Shown in pieces: positions 42,577 through 52,488 of a stretch of 64,000 nt of DNA. The stretch is from Caulobacteraceae bacterium (GTDB taxonomy: Bacteria; Pseudomonadota; Alphaproteobacteria; Caulobacterales; Caulobacteraceae). The translations under genes were made by a program, and so were the position numbers. How positions within the stretch are numbered: the first letter of the stretch is position 1; every line of letters starts with the position of its first letter. The notes beneath the pieces were generated by a model, which did no database searches, was not told where the DNA came from, and saw nothing but the letters and a program-made list of their open reading frames with translations. The stretch lies in assembly GCA_036388855.1 (NCBI GenBank), contig DASVRA010000011.1, positions 38,253-102,252 on the forward strand. Reading direction: 5' to 3'.

Positions 42577-44463
42577 ATGGCCGCGGCCCTCATCATTGAC
42601 TTTGACTCTACTTTGGTGGCGGCCGAGACGCTGGAGGTGCTGGCAGAGGTCGCCCTGGCCGATGACCCGGAGCGGGAGGCGAAGACCGCTGAGATCGCCC
42701 GCCTTACCGATCTGGCAATGGCCGGCGAACTGGAGTTCGGGGAGGCGCTCGGCTTTCGGCTCGCCCTGCTGCGCCCGACCCGCGAACAGGTCGCCCAAGC
42801 GGCCGAACGGCTCAAACGCCGCGTCACCCCGTCCGTCCGCCGCAACCGCGCCGCTCTCGCCGCCCACGCGGACCGGATCTGGATCATCTCCGGCGGCTTC
42901 CAGGAGGTGGTCGAGCCGGTGGCGGCCGAACTCGGCCTTCGTCCAGACCATGTGCTGGCCAATCGCCTGGTGTTCGGCCCCGACGGCCGCGCGGCGGGCG
43001 TGGACCCCGCCGTCCCGCTCGCGCGGAGCGGCGGCAAGGCCGAGGCCGTGCGCGCGCTCGCTCTGGAGGGCCGCGTCGCCGTGGTCGGCGACGGCTGGAC
43101 CGACTACGAAATCCGCCAGGACGGCGCCGCCGACGCCTTCCACGCCTTCACCGAAGTCGTGCGGCGGGAGAAGGTGGCGGCCGTGGCGGACCGTGTGGCG
43201 AACTCACTCGACGAGGTGCTGGAGGCGGAAGGGCTGAAGCCCCGCTTCTCCTACCCGCGCGAGAAGATGCGCGTGCTGCTGCTGGAGAACATCCACCCGG
43301 CCGCCGCCGAACGCTTCGCCGCCGAAGGCTACCGCGTGGAAACGCTCAAGGGCGCGCTGGACGAGCCGGAGCTGGCCGAGCGGCTGAAAGGCGTCCACGT
43401 GCTCGGCCTGCGCTCCAAGACCCGCCTGAGCGCCCGGGCATTAGAGGGCGCCGACCGCTTGCTGGCCGCGGGCGCCTTCTGCATCGGCGTCAACCAGATC
43501 GACCTGCGGGCGGCCGGCGAGCGCGGGGTGGCGGTGTTCAACGCCCCCTACGCCAACACCCGCTCTGTCGTGGAACTGGCGGTCGGGCTGATCGTCTCGC
43601 TGATGCGAGGCGTGGCGGAGAAGAACGCCCTGCTGCACGCCGGCCGCTGGGACAAGTCGGCTTCCGGCGCGCGCGAGGTGCGGGGAAAGACGCTCGGCAT
43701 CGTCGGCTACGGCGCGATCGGCTCGCAGCTCTCGGTGCTGGCCGAGGCGCTCGGCATGCGCGTGGTGTTCCACGACACGGGCGAGAAGCTCACCCTAGGC
43801 AACGCCGTGCGCCGCCGCACGCTGGACGAGGTGCTGGCGGAGGCCGACGTGGTCTCCCTCCACGTGGACGGGCGGCCCGAGAACCGCGACCTGATCGGCC
43901 CCCGCGAGCTCCAGCGGATGAAGCCCGGCGCCTACCTGATCAACCTTTCGCGCGGGCACGTGGTGGACCTGGGCGCGACCGCTCAGGCGCTGGGCTCCGG
44001 CCGGCTCGGCGGCGCGGCCTTCGACGTCTTCCCCAAGGAACCGAACTCCAACGACGAGCCGTTCGACAGCCCGCTCCGCGGCCTGCCCAACGTCATCCTC
44101 ACCCCTCACATCGGCGGCTCCACCGAGGAGGCGCAGGAGAGCATAGGCGAGTTCGTCGCCGAGCGCCTGCTGGCCTTCCTCCACCGCGGCGACACCAGTC
44201 ATTCGGTAAACCTGCCCAACCTGCAGATGGCCGAGGTCGGCGGCGCCCACCGCTTCCTGCACATCCACAGGAACCAGCCGGGCGTGCTGGCGGCGATCAA
44301 CGGCGCGCTGGCCGAGCACGGCCTCAACATCCTGGCCCAGCACCTGAAGACGGGAGAGCAGACCGGCTACGTCATCGTCGACGTCGACCACGCTTACCCC
44401 CGCGAGGTCATCGCGGCGCTGCGCGCCGTCCCTGGCGCCCTGAAGTTCCGGGTGCTCTATTGA
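42577..44463 (+). CDS. serA: fusion of HAD-IB phosphoserine-phosphatase-like domain and D-3-phosphoglycerate dehydrogenase (with ACT domain)
   Basis: N-terminal ~215 aa carry HAD motifs IIDFDSTLV and VVGDGWTD. The remainder is collinear with E. coli-type SerA (MRVLLLENIH..., GIVGYGAIG, LTPHIGGST, C-terminal ACT region RFLHIHRNQPGVLAAIN). Confidence 0.85.
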   Translation: MAAALIIDFDSTLVAAETLEVLAEVALADDPEREAKTAEIARLTDLAMAGELEFGEALGFRLALLRPTREQVAQAAERLKRRVTPSVRRNRAALAAHADRIWIISGGFQEVVEPVAAELGLRPDHVLANRLVFGPDGRAAGVDPAVPLARSGGKAEAVRALALEGRVAVVGDGWTDYEIRQDGAADAFHAFTEVVRREKVAAVADRVANSLDEVLEAEGLKPRFSYPREKMRVLLLENIHPAAAERFAAEGYRVETLKGALDEPELAERLKGVHVLGLRSKTRLSARALEGADRLLAAGAFCIGVNQIDLRAAGERGVAVFNAPYANTRSVVELAVGLIVSLMRGVAEKNALLHAGRWDKSASGAREVRGKTLGIVGYGAIGSQLSVLAEALGMRVVFHDTGEKLTLGNAVRRRTLDEVLAEADVVSLHVDGRPENRDLIGPRELQRMKPGAYLINLSRGHVVDLGATAQALGSGRLGGAAFDVFPKEPNSNDEPFDSPLRGLPNVILTPHIGGSTEEAQESIGEFVAERLLAFLHRGDTSHSVNLPNLQMAEVGGAHRFLHIHRNQPGVLAAINGALAEHGLNILAQHLKTGEQTGYVIVDVDHAYPREVIAALRAVPGALKFRVLY

Positions 44464-44475
44464 GCGAGCACGACC

Positions 44476-45567
44476 TCAAACCGCCTCGGGCCGCCGTTCG
44501 TCCTTGCCCTGTGCGCCGGCGCCGGGGACATCGACCTCCTCGCCCAGCACGTCACGCACATAGAGGACCTTGATCAACACGAACGCCGTCACCGCTAGCG
44601 GCGTGGCCAGGAGCACGCCCAGCGCGCCGAGCAGCATCCCGAAAGCCACCACGGAGAACAGCGACACGGCGAGCGGGATGGACACCATCCGGCGCTGCAC
44701 GAATGGGGTGACCAGGTTGCTCTCGATCTGCTGGACGCCGAAGTAGACCAGGAAGGTCCACAGCAGCATCTGCGGTCCGCCCGAGGCGGCGATCACCAGG
44801 CCCGGAATGGCCGAGACGATGGGGCCTACGATCGGCACGAACTGCGCCAGCCCCGCGAACAGCCCGAGCGCCAGCGGCGAGGGCACCCCCACGACAGCCA
44901 GGCCTATGCCGGTCAGTACGCCGATCACCGTCATCGACACCAGCGTGCCGAGCAGCCAGCGGTGCAACGCCACGCCGCTGGCGTCGAGCGCCTCCTTCAG
45001 CCGCGGGCGCAGGCCGCGCGGGAACAGCATCAGCAGGCCGTCGCGGTAGGCGCGCGGCTGGATCGCCAGCATGATGCCGGCCACGATCACCAGCAGCAGG
45101 TTGGTGAGCGCCCCCGCCACCCCGGCGGCGATCCGGGGCGCGGCGGCCAGCGCCTTGGCCGCCTGGCCGCTCGCCTGCTGGGCGTCGTCGAGCAGGCGCG
45201 AGCCGACCGGGGTGGCGCGCAGCTGCTCCTGCACCCGAGCCCAGGCGCGCGGCAAGGTTTCGGTCAGGTTGGCGATCTGCACGTCGAGCTGGCGGCCGAA
45301 CAGCCAGCCGGCCAGCGCCAGTGCCGCCGCGACCGTCAGCAGTGCGATCAGCACCGCCGGCACGTTGGGGATATGGGTGCGCCTGCGGAGGGGATCGGCG
45401 ATGGCGCGCAGCAGCACCGCCACCACCACCGCGCCGAACACCAGCAGGAAGACGTCGATCAGCCGGTAGAGCAGGAAGGCCACCGCGATCAGCGCCAGCA
45501 CGAACAGCGCCCGCTTGACGAAGGCGGCGTCGAGGCCGAGCGCGCCGGCGGGATCGGGCTTGGTCAT
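44476..45567 (-). CDS. AI-2E family transporter (PerM/UPF0118)
   Basis: Multi-TM protein with the characteristic LGLFAGLAQFVPIVGPIVSAIPGLVIA segment. Confidence 0.85.
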   Translation of the reverse strand: MTKPDPAGALGLDAAFVKRALFVLALIAVAFLLYRLIDVFLLVFGAVVVAVLLRAIADPLRRRTHIPNVPAVLIALLTVAAALALAGWLFGRQLDVQIANLTETLPRAWARVQEQLRATPVGSRLLDDAQQASGQAAKALAAAPRIAAGVAGALTNLLLVIVAGIMLAIQPRAYRDGLLMLFPRGLRPRLKEALDASGVALHRWLLGTLVSMTVIGVLTGIGLAVVGVPSPLALGLFAGLAQFVPIVGPIVSAIPGLVIAASGGPQMLLWTFLVYFGVQQIESNLVTPFVQRRMVSIPLAVSLFSVVAFGMLLGALGVLLATPLAVTAFVLIKVLYVRDVLGEEVDVPGAGAQGKDERRPEAV

Positions 45568-45717
45568 GCCCCTGCAACGCCCGCGCGCTCCACCGGTTCA
45601 GGCGCGCAGGTCGCGGCGCTCCGCGGCAATAGCTGGCACGGCTTCGTGGTCGCCGCGGCCGGAATCCATTTCGCCGCCGTCCTCACCGGAGTGGTGCTGG
45701 CTCGCTAGCGCGCCCGT

Positions 45718-46500
45718 CTAGCGCTCCAGCCCCAGCACATCGTCCATGCCGTAGAGCCCCGGCGGCTTGTCCTTGAGCCATAGGGCGGCGGTCACCGCGC
45801 CCCGGGCGAACAGGGCCCGGTCGCGGGCGGAGTGGGAGAGGGTGAGGACCTCGTCCTCTGAGGCCAGGACCACGCTGTGCTCACCGACGATGCCGCCCGC
45901 CCGCATCACCGAAAAGCCGATGGCGCCGTCGGGGCGGGGACCGGTCTGGCCGTCGCGGGCGCGCACCTCGGCGTCGGCAAGGTGGACACACCGGGCTTCG
46001 GCGGCGGCGGCGGCTAGCATCAGGGCCGTGCCCGAGGGCGCGTCGGCTTTGCGCCGGTGGTGCGCCTCGAACACCTCGATGTCGTAATCGGGCAGGGCGC
46101 GGGCCGCTTGGCGCACCAGCCCGAGCAGCAGGCTCACGCCGAGCGAGAAGTTGCCGCTCTTCACGATCGCCAACCGCTCCGCGCAGGCGCGGATCTCCGC
46201 CTCCTGCCCGGGCGTGAAGCCGGTCGAGCCGATCACCAGGGCGGGGCCGGCGCTCTTGGCGAACCGGCGCGCCAACTGGGTGGAGGCCTCCGCGGTGGTG
46301 AAGTCGATAACCACGTCCGCCGCGTCCGCCGCGTCCGCCGCGCGTCCAAGCGGCCGGCCGCCGGCCGCATGGCCCTTCGTGCCAGGACGGTCGAACAGCA
46401 AGGCTGCTTCGGCCTCCTCGCTTGCATCGACGGCCGCCGCTACCGCCTGGCCCATGCGCCCGAGCGCGCCGGCGATCCCCACGCGCAGGCGCCCGCTCAC
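45718..46500 (-). CDS. dapB: 4-hydroxy-tetrahydrodipicolinate reductase
   Basis: [15 protein letters not shown] site and [16 protein letters not shown] signature. 4-nt overlap with the scoB stop. Confidence 0.9.
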   Translation of the reverse strand: MSGRLRVGIAGALGRMGQAVAAAVDASEEAEAALLFDRPGTKGHAAGGRPLGRAADAADAADVVIDFTTAEASTQLARRFAKSAGPALVIGSTGFTPGQEAEIRACAERLAIVKSGNFSLGVSLLLGLVRQAARALPDYDIEVFEAHHRRKADAPSGTALMLAAAAAEARCVHLADAEVRARDGQTGPRPDGAIGFSVMRAGGIVGEHSVVLASEDEVLTLSHSARDRALFARGAVTAALWLKDKPPGLYGMDDVLGLER

Positions 46501-47147
46501 GCCGGTTCCAGCGCCGTCTCGAAGGTCGCCTCGGTCTTGGCCCAGACTTCATCGAGCGTGACGCCGTCGGCGAGTTCGATCAGCGCGAGTCCGGAACCAT
46601 CCTCCTTCACGTCGAACACGGCGAGGTCGGTGATGATCCGGTCCACCACTCCCGTCCCGGTCAAGGGCAGGGTGCATCGCTTCAAGACCTTCGACTGGCC
46701 GTGCTTGTTCGCGTGCTCCATCACCACCACGACCTTCTGCACCCCCGCCACCAGGTCCATGGCCCCGCCCATGCCCTTCACCATCTTGCCCGGGATCATC
46801 CAGTTGGCGATGTCGCCGTTCTCGGCCACCTCCATCGCCCCCAGGATCGACAGGTCGATGTGGCCGCCCCGGATCATGGCGAAGCTGTCGGCGCTGCTGA
46901 AATAGCTGGTCTTATCGAGCTCGGTGATGGTCTGCTTGCCGGCGTTGATCAGGTCCGGGTCAACCTCGTCGTCGTAGGGGAACGGGCCCATGCCCAGCAT
47001 GCCGTTCTCCGACTGCAGGGTGACCTCCATCCCCTCCGGGATGTGGTTGGCCACCAGCGTCGGGATGCCGATGCCGAGGTTGACGTAGAAGCCGTCGCGC
47101 AGCTCGCGGGCGGCGCGTGCCGCGAGCTGGTCCCTAGTCCAGGGCAT
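46497..47147 (-). CDS. scoB: 3-oxoacid CoA-transferase subunit B
   Basis: [30 protein letters not shown]... and [10 protein letters not shown] motif. ATG 47147 lies inside ORF 46497..47348. Confidence 0.9.
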   Translation of the reverse strand: MPWTRDQLAARAARELRDGFYVNLGIGIPTLVANHIPEGMEVTLQSENGMLGMGPFPYDDEVDPDLINAGKQTITELDKTSYFSSADSFAMIRGGHIDLSILGAMEVAENGDIANWMIPGKMVKGMGGAMDLVAGVQKVVVVMEHANKHGQSKVLKRCTLPLTGTGVVDRIITDLAVFDVKEDGSGLALIELADGVTLDEVWAKTEATFETALEPA

Positions 47148-47388
47148 GGGCGTCCTTTCGCATGGCGGCGGGCGCCGCGTGGCGGGCATGAAAGTCGGCC
47201 ATCTGGCGCAGCACGGCGTCCACGCGCCGGGCGCAGGCATCGGGCCCTTTCGCCTCGGCGACGTGCTCGGCGTAACGCTTCTGGCACGAGGGCCGCGCCC
47301 GCGCCCAATGCGCCTCGCACTCGAAGTCGCCGTCAATGGCGCACGCAAGGTCTTCGGGAACCGGCAAGCCCGCCTTGGTCCGCATCAC
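47134..47388 (-). CDS. small YdeI/OmdA-like protein
   Basis: 84 aa. [11 protein letters not shown]....[32 protein letters not shown] follows the P-x-DL...PS-x-rr-Y..wI.eAK.pETR.RRI pattern of the OmdA domain. Sits between scoA and scoB. Confidence 0.55.
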   Translation of the reverse strand: MMRTKAGLPVPEDLACAIDGDFECEAHWARARPSCQKRYAEHVAEAKGPDACARRVDAVLRQMADFHARHAAPAAMRKDAHALD

Positions 47389-47389
47389 C

Positions 47390-48127
47390 TCACACCTCCG
47401 TTCCCACGGCCGCCGGCGCCGCCCGTTCAGGCCGTTTCCTCACCGTGCGCTGCTCGATGCGCTTCTCGAAGGCCCCGTGGATGATGCGGTCGACGTAAAT
47501 GCCGGGCGTGTGGATGCAGTCCGGATCGAGCGAACCGGTCGGCACGATCTCCTCCACCTCGACTACGCACCGCTTCCCGGCCGCGGCCATCATCGGCGAG
47601 AAGTTGCGCGCGGTCTTGCGGAACACGAGGTTGCCTTCGGCATCCGCCTTCCAGGCCTTGATGATCGACAGGTCGGCGCGCAGCCACGTCTCCATCACGT
47701 AGTCGCGGCCCTCGAAATTCCTCACCTCCTTGCCCTCCGCCACCAGGGTGCCCACGCCGGTGGGGGTGAAGAAGGCGGGGATGCCCGCGCCGCCGGCGCG
47801 GATGCGCTCGGCCAAGGTGCCTTGCGGATTGAACTCCAGCTCCAGTTCGCCGGAGAGGTATTGCCGCTCGAACTCCTTGTTCTCGCCGACGTAGGAGGAG
47901 ACCATCTTCTTGATCTGGCGGGTCCAGAGCAGCAGGCCCAGCCCAAAATTGTCCACTCCGGCGTTGTTGGAGATCACCGTCAGGTCCTTGACGCCGGAGT
48001 CGCGCAAGGCGGTGATCAGGTTCTCCGGAATCCCGCAAAGGCCGAAGCCCCCGCTCATCACCGTCATGCCGTCGAACAGCAGACCCTCGAGCGCGCTCCT
48101 GGCATCGGGGCGGACCTTGTCGGCCAT
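47390..48127 (-). CDS. scoA: 3-oxoacid CoA-transferase subunit A
   Basis: [19 protein letters not shown] and VISNNAG motifs. ATG 48127 lies inside ORF 47390..48277. Confidence 0.9.
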   Translation of the reverse strand: MADKVRPDARSALEGLLFDGMTVMSGGFGLCGIPENLITALRDSGVKDLTVISNNAGVDNFGLGLLLWTRQIKKMVSSYVGENKEFERQYLSGELELEFNPQGTLAERIRAGGAGIPAFFTPTGVGTLVAEGKEVRNFEGRDYVMETWLRADLSIIKAWKADAEGNLVFRKTARNFSPMMAAAGKRCVVEVEEIVPTGSLDPDCIHTPGIYVDRIIHGAFEKRIEQRTVRKRPERAAPAAVGTEV

Positions 48128-48276
48128 CGGGGCTCCTTGCGGCTGCGCCCGTTCTCTAGCCGAGCGGGCGGGGTTTTCAATCCGGCGCGGCCGCACCCGT
48201 GTCCGAGCTTGACCAAAGCTTCCGTTTGGCTCTGGGTTGGACGCGGCTCGGCCGCGCAACGAGGCGGGGAACCGCA

Positions 48277-49902
48277 ATGTTGAGACCCAAGCTTGCCATC
48301 CGCTCCTCGCGCGCCGTCCTGCTCATTCTGAGCGTGCTGCTGCTCGGCGCGGCGGCCTCCGGAACGGTCGAGCGCACCTACGGCGGCGGCTACGGCGGCC
48401 CCGGCGCCTTCACCGTCACCTCTCTCGTCCTGACAGAGACGGCAGGCGTGGTCTCGGGCAAGATGCGCCAGCCCGACGAGCGGCCCGACGAGCCGCCGCT
48501 CCGCAACATCAAAAGCTCCAGCGACCGCCTCAGCTTCGACGCTGACACGCTGCGTTTCGACCTGCGCCGCACCCCCCACGGCTACGCCGGCCAAGTCCGC
48601 GACGCGCGCGGCGCGCGTCATCCCGCCGCCTTCGTCATTCGTCCCGGCGGCGTTCCGCCGGAGATCCTCGCCGCCTACGAGGGCAGCTACGGCCTCGGCG
48701 ATGGCCGCATCCTCACCCTGTCGCGCAACAACGCCGGATCGGGCTTTTGGTACCTGGAGCTGCCGTCGGGACGGACCGGGTTCCTGTTCAACCTGTCCAA
48801 CACCGAGTTCACCGCCGGACCGTGCATCTACTGCGCCGGCCCAGAACGCCTCCACGTCAGCTTCGCCCCGGGCGCCGATGGCCCGGCCCCGGCCGTCTCC
48901 CTCAGGCTCGAAGGCCGCCCCTACGCCGCCCGCCGCCTGACCGGCTACACCGAGCAGGAGGTCGCCTTCACCAGCCGCGACGGCGCGCGCTTGGCCGGCT
49001 CGCTGTTCCTGCCCACAGACCCAGGCCCGCATCCGGCAGTGGTGTTCGCCCATGGATCGGGCGCCCAGTCGCGCAATGGCTATTACGGCCACATCCGCTT
49101 CCTCGCCGAGGCCTACGCCCGGCGTGGCGTCGCCGCCCTCGCCTTCGACAAGCGCGGCGTCGGCAAGTCCCAGGGCGACTGGGAGAAGGCCGGCTTCGCC
49201 ACCCTGGCCGACGACGTCGCCGCGGGCGTGGGCTACCTGCGCACCCGGCCCGACATCCGCCCCGACCGCATCGGCCTGACCGGCGGCAGCCAGGCCGGCT
49301 GGATCATGCCGATGGCCGCCAGCCGCGTTCCCGGCCTCCGCTTCATCCAGCATTTCTCCGCCGCCTCGCCCATGGGCGTGCGCGAGCAGGAGCGCCGGCG
49401 CCTGGTCCTGCAGATGCAGGCCGAAACCTATCCCCCGGCCGAGATCGACCGCGCGCTGAAGGTCCGCGACTTGATGGACGACTACGCCGTCACCGGCCAA
49501 GGCTGGGAGGCGCTGGAGGCGGCGGCCAAGGCGGTGGAGACGGAACGCTGGATGACCCAGTTCATCGGCGGCCTGCCCGCGCGCGACGCCCCCGACTGGC
49601 CTTGGCTGCGCGAGGCGATGAGCTACGACACCCGCCCCGACTTCACCCGCTTCGCCGGCGCCTGGCACGTGCTCTACGGCGAGCGCGACGTGATCGCCCC
49701 GATCAGGGAGGGCCGCGTCATGCTCGAAGCGGCGATCGCCAAGGGCCCCTCGCGCGATGTCACCATCGAGGTCGTGCCCGGCGCCACCCACAACTTCCTG
49801 CTGGCCAGAACCGGCAGCGACAAGGAGTTCTCCGGCCTCACCCGCTTCGTCCCCGGCTTCCACGACAAGGTGACGGCGTGGGCGGCGCGGCGGGTGCGCT
49901 GA
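48277..49902 (+). CDS. secreted alpha/beta hydrolase (S9/acyl-peptide-hydrolase-like)
   Basis: Signal peptide, N-terminal beta-rich region, and nucleophile elbow GLTGGSQAG in the C-terminal hydrolase fold. ATG 48277 lies inside ORF 48199..49902. Confidence 0.8.
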   Translation: MLRPKLAIRSSRAVLLILSVLLLGAAASGTVERTYGGGYGGPGAFTVTSLVLTETAGVVSGKMRQPDERPDEPPLRNIKSSSDRLSFDADTLRFDLRRTPHGYAGQVRDARGARHPAAFVIRPGGVPPEILAAYEGSYGLGDGRILTLSRNNAGSGFWYLELPSGRTGFLFNLSNTEFTAGPCIYCAGPERLHVSFAPGADGPAPAVSLRLEGRPYAARRLTGYTEQEVAFTSRDGARLAGSLFLPTDPGPHPAVVFAHGSGAQSRNGYYGHIRFLAEAYARRGVAALAFDKRGVGKSQGDWEKAGFATLADDVAAGVGYLRTRPDIRPDRIGLTGGSQAGWIMPMAASRVPGLRFIQHFSAASPMGVREQERRRLVLQMQAETYPPAEIDRALKVRDLMDDYAVTGQGWEALEAAAKAVETERWMTQFIGGLPARDAPDWPWLREAMSYDTRPDFTRFAGAWHVLYGERDVIAPIREGRVMLEAAIAKGPSRDVTIEVVPGATHNFLLARTGSDKEFSGLTRFVPGFHDKVTAWAARRVR

Positions 49903-49946
49903 ACGCATCCGTCTGCCGCCATCAGTATCAGAAGGAGCCGCGCGTC

Positions 49947-50615
49947 ATGCCTAGCGCCACCACCCTCGTCGACCTCAGCCACGCCATCGAACCCGGCATG
50001 ACCACCTACAAGGGCCTGCCGGGGCCGGTGATCTGCGACTACTGGAGCCGCGAGGCCTCGCGCGCCAACTACGACGACGGCTCCAGCTTCCAGATCGGCC
50101 GCATCGACATGGTCGCCAACACCGGCACCTACCTCGACAGCCCCTTCCACCGCTACGAAGACGGCGCCGACCTGGCGGAGCTCGACCTCGCCGCCCTGGC
50201 CGCGCTCGACGGCGTGGTCGTGCGCCAACCGGCCGTAGAAGGCCTCGCCGTGGAAGCCCAGGCGTTCGCCGGCCTCGACCTGCGCGGCAAGGCGGTGCTG
50301 GTCGCCACCGGCTGGGACCGCCACTGGCGCACCCCGGCTTATTTCGAGGACCACCCGTTCCTCACGGAAGCCGCCGCGCGCGCCCTGGCAGACGCCGGCG
50401 CCCGGCTGGTCGGCATCGACTCCCACAACATCGACGACACCCGCGCCCGCGCCCGCCCGGTGCACACCATCCTGCTGGGCGCGGGGATCCCGATCTGCGA
50501 GCACCTGTGCAACCTCCAGGCCCTGCCCGACGCCGGCTTCCGCTTCACCGCGGCGCCGCCGAAGATCCGCGGCATGGGCACCTTCCCCGTGCGGGCGTTC
50601 GCGGAGATCGACTAG
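49947..50615 (+). CDS. cyclase-family protein (kynurenine-formamidase-like)
   Basis: VDLSHAIEPGMTTY...DSPFH...GIDSHNID pattern of the putative-cyclase family. GAAGGAG SD before ATG 49947 (tail of ORF 48747..50615). Confidence 0.8.
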   Translation: MPSATTLVDLSHAIEPGMTTYKGLPGPVICDYWSREASRANYDDGSSFQIGRIDMVANTGTYLDSPFHRYEDGADLAELDLAALAALDGVVVRQPAVEGLAVEAQAFAGLDLRGKAVLVATGWDRHWRTPAYFEDHPFLTEAAARALADAGARLVGIDSHNIDDTRARARPVHTILLGAGIPICEHLCNLQALPDAGFRFTAAPPKIRGMGTFPVRAFAEID

Positions 50616-50630
50616 GCCGTGGAGACCGCC

Positions 50631-51458
50631 ATGCACATCGAACGCATCGCCGCCTTCTCCGACGGCGAGACCGGAGGCAACCCCGCCGGCGTCGTCCTGT
50701 GCGAAGCCCTTCCCAGCCCCCAGGCCATGCAGGCCCTCGCCGCCGAGGTCGGCTATTCCGAGACCGCCTTCGCCGCGCCGCAGGGGGACGGCTGGCGCGT
50801 GCGCTATTTCGCGCCGGCGATGGAGGTGCCGTTCTGCGGCCACGCCACCATCGCGCTGGGTGCGGCGCTGGCCGAGAAGCACGGCGACGGCGTCTTCGCC
50901 CTGCACCTGAACGCGGCGGAGATCACCGTCGAAGGCTGGTGCGAGGACGGCGCGCTGATGGCGGCCCTGCAGTCGCCCCCGACCCGCAGCGCCCCCGCGC
51001 CCGCCGGCCTGACCGCCGCCGCGCTGGACCTGTTCGGCTACGCCCCCGCCGATCTCGACCCCCGCCTGCCGCCCGCGATCATCGAGGCCGGGGCGCGCCA
51101 CCTGCTGCTGGCGTTACGCAGCCGAGAGCGGCTGGCGGCGATGGCCTACGACCTGGAGCAGGGACGCGCCCTGATGACCGCCGCCGGCCTCGTCACCATC
51201 AGCCTGGTGCAGGCCGAGACCCCCGCCCGCTTCCACGCCCGCAACCCCTTCGCCGCGGGCGGCGTCTACGAGGACCCGGCCACCGGCGCCGCCGCCGCAG
51301 CCCTGGCCGGCTACCTGCGCGACCTCCGCTGGCCCCACGGCGGGGAGATCGAGGTGCTGCAAGGCGCCGACATGGGCGTGCCGTGCCGCCTGCGGGCGGA
51401 GATCACCAATGAGGCGGGGGCGAGCGTGCGGGTGTGGGGGCGGACGCGGGGGATTTGA
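50631..51458 (+). CDS. PhzF-family isomerase
   Basis: AAFSDGETGGNPAGVV, SETAF and VPFCGHATIA motifs. ATG 50631 (GTG 50619 is possible). Confidence 0.85.
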   Translation: MHIERIAAFSDGETGGNPAGVVLCEALPSPQAMQALAAEVGYSETAFAAPQGDGWRVRYFAPAMEVPFCGHATIALGAALAEKHGDGVFALHLNAAEITVEGWCEDGALMAALQSPPTRSAPAPAGLTAAALDLFGYAPADLDPRLPPAIIEAGARHLLLALRSRERLAAMAYDLEQGRALMTAAGLVTISLVQAETPARFHARNPFAAGGVYEDPATGAAAAALAGYLRDLRWPHGGEIEVLQGADMGVPCRLRAEITNEAGASVRVWGRTRGI

Positions 51459-51627
51459 GTGGGCACGCCCTCTTTGACGATGAAGTTAGGTATGGTGTCC
51501 CTCCAAGCCCCCTCCCCACAATGGCCGCTACACTCTGCCTCGGCCGGGGTTATCGACCTTGCGTGCGAGGTGGTGGTAGGCTCCCTAACCGGCGATTGGC
51601 TCCGGAGGGAGAAGCGAGGCTTCGCTT

Positions 51628-52488
51628 GTGACCGCATCGCAACCGAGCATTCCCACGATGCGTTCGGTGTCGCCGTTTCGGTATCCGGGCGGGAAGGCCT
51701 TTCTCTACAGGTATCTTAACGATCGACTCAATTCGTTACCGGAAGGCCGACGCATCTATGCCGAGCCATACTGCGGCGGGGCGGGGGCTGCGGTCATTCT
51801 CCTTAAGTTAGGTGCTGTCGAAGAAATCCATCTCAATGATGCTGATCTCAAAGTATATTCGGCTTGGGAAGCCATTCTTACTGAGTCGGAGCGATTTGCT
51901 TCGCAGATCATGTCAACACCTGTGGACATGTTCACTTGGTATGCGTGCCGAGAGTTAGTCGAAGGTGCGACTGAGCCGAGCTTTGAGCTGGGTTTCGCAA
52001 CGTTCTTTCTAAATCGGACGAGCCGGTCTGGCATTGTGGTCGGCGCAGGGCCGATCGGTGGGTATGAACAGCGAGGGACTTGGAAGATCGACGCGAGATT
52101 CAATAGAGAGGCATTGGCGGATCGAGTTCGATGGCTAGGATCAGTTCGTCATTCCATCAAGTTGACTCAAGAAGACGCGTTGACTTTCTTATCTCGCTCT
52201 ACCGCCCGCCTCTCGTTGGACCGAACGCTCTTTTTTGTAGACCCACCGTACGTCACCGCTGGCGGGCGGCTTTATTTGAACGCGATGGACGAGGGAAAGC
52301 ACATCGCCTTAAGTGATGTCCTCCAGGGCGGTACGCTGCCCCACTGGGTTCTGACTTACGACAATCACCCGCTTATTCTGGACCTATACAGCCGTCAAAC
52401 AATCCGTGACCTCTGCGTAAGCTACAGCCTTCAGAACAAGCGAAAGGAGCGCGAAGTACTCATTGGCGATCATGCCGCCTGCGCATAA
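51628..52488 (+). CDS. D12-class (Dam-like) N6-adenine DNA methyltransferase
   Basis: SPFRYPGGKAFL, EPYCGGAGA (SAM site), FFLNRTSRSG and catalytic FVDPPY. The start is GTG 51628 or ATG 51658. Confidence 0.85.
   Translation: MTASQPSIPTMRSVSPFRYPGGKAFLYRYLNDRLNSLPEGRRIYAEPYCGGAGAAVILLKLGAVEEIHLNDADLKVYSAWEAILTESERFASQIMSTPVDMFTWYACRELVEGATEPSFELGFATFFLNRTSRSGIVVGAGPIGGYEQRGTWKIDARFNREALADRVRWLGSVRHSIKLTQEDALTFLSRSTARLSLDRTLFFVDPPYVTAGGRLYLNAMDEGKHIALSDVLQGGTLPHWVLTYDNHPLILDLYSRQTIRDLCVSYSLQNKRKEREVLIGDHAACA

Noticed and set aside
51459-51627. Searched both island flanks (51459-51627 and 54611-54757) for att-like direct repeats, tRNA fragments, or integrase/transposase remnants.
   Set aside because: Only trivial 7-mers are shared (e.g. 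CTCGGCC). No tRNA-like sequence and no recombinase ORF. No mobile-element call is made.
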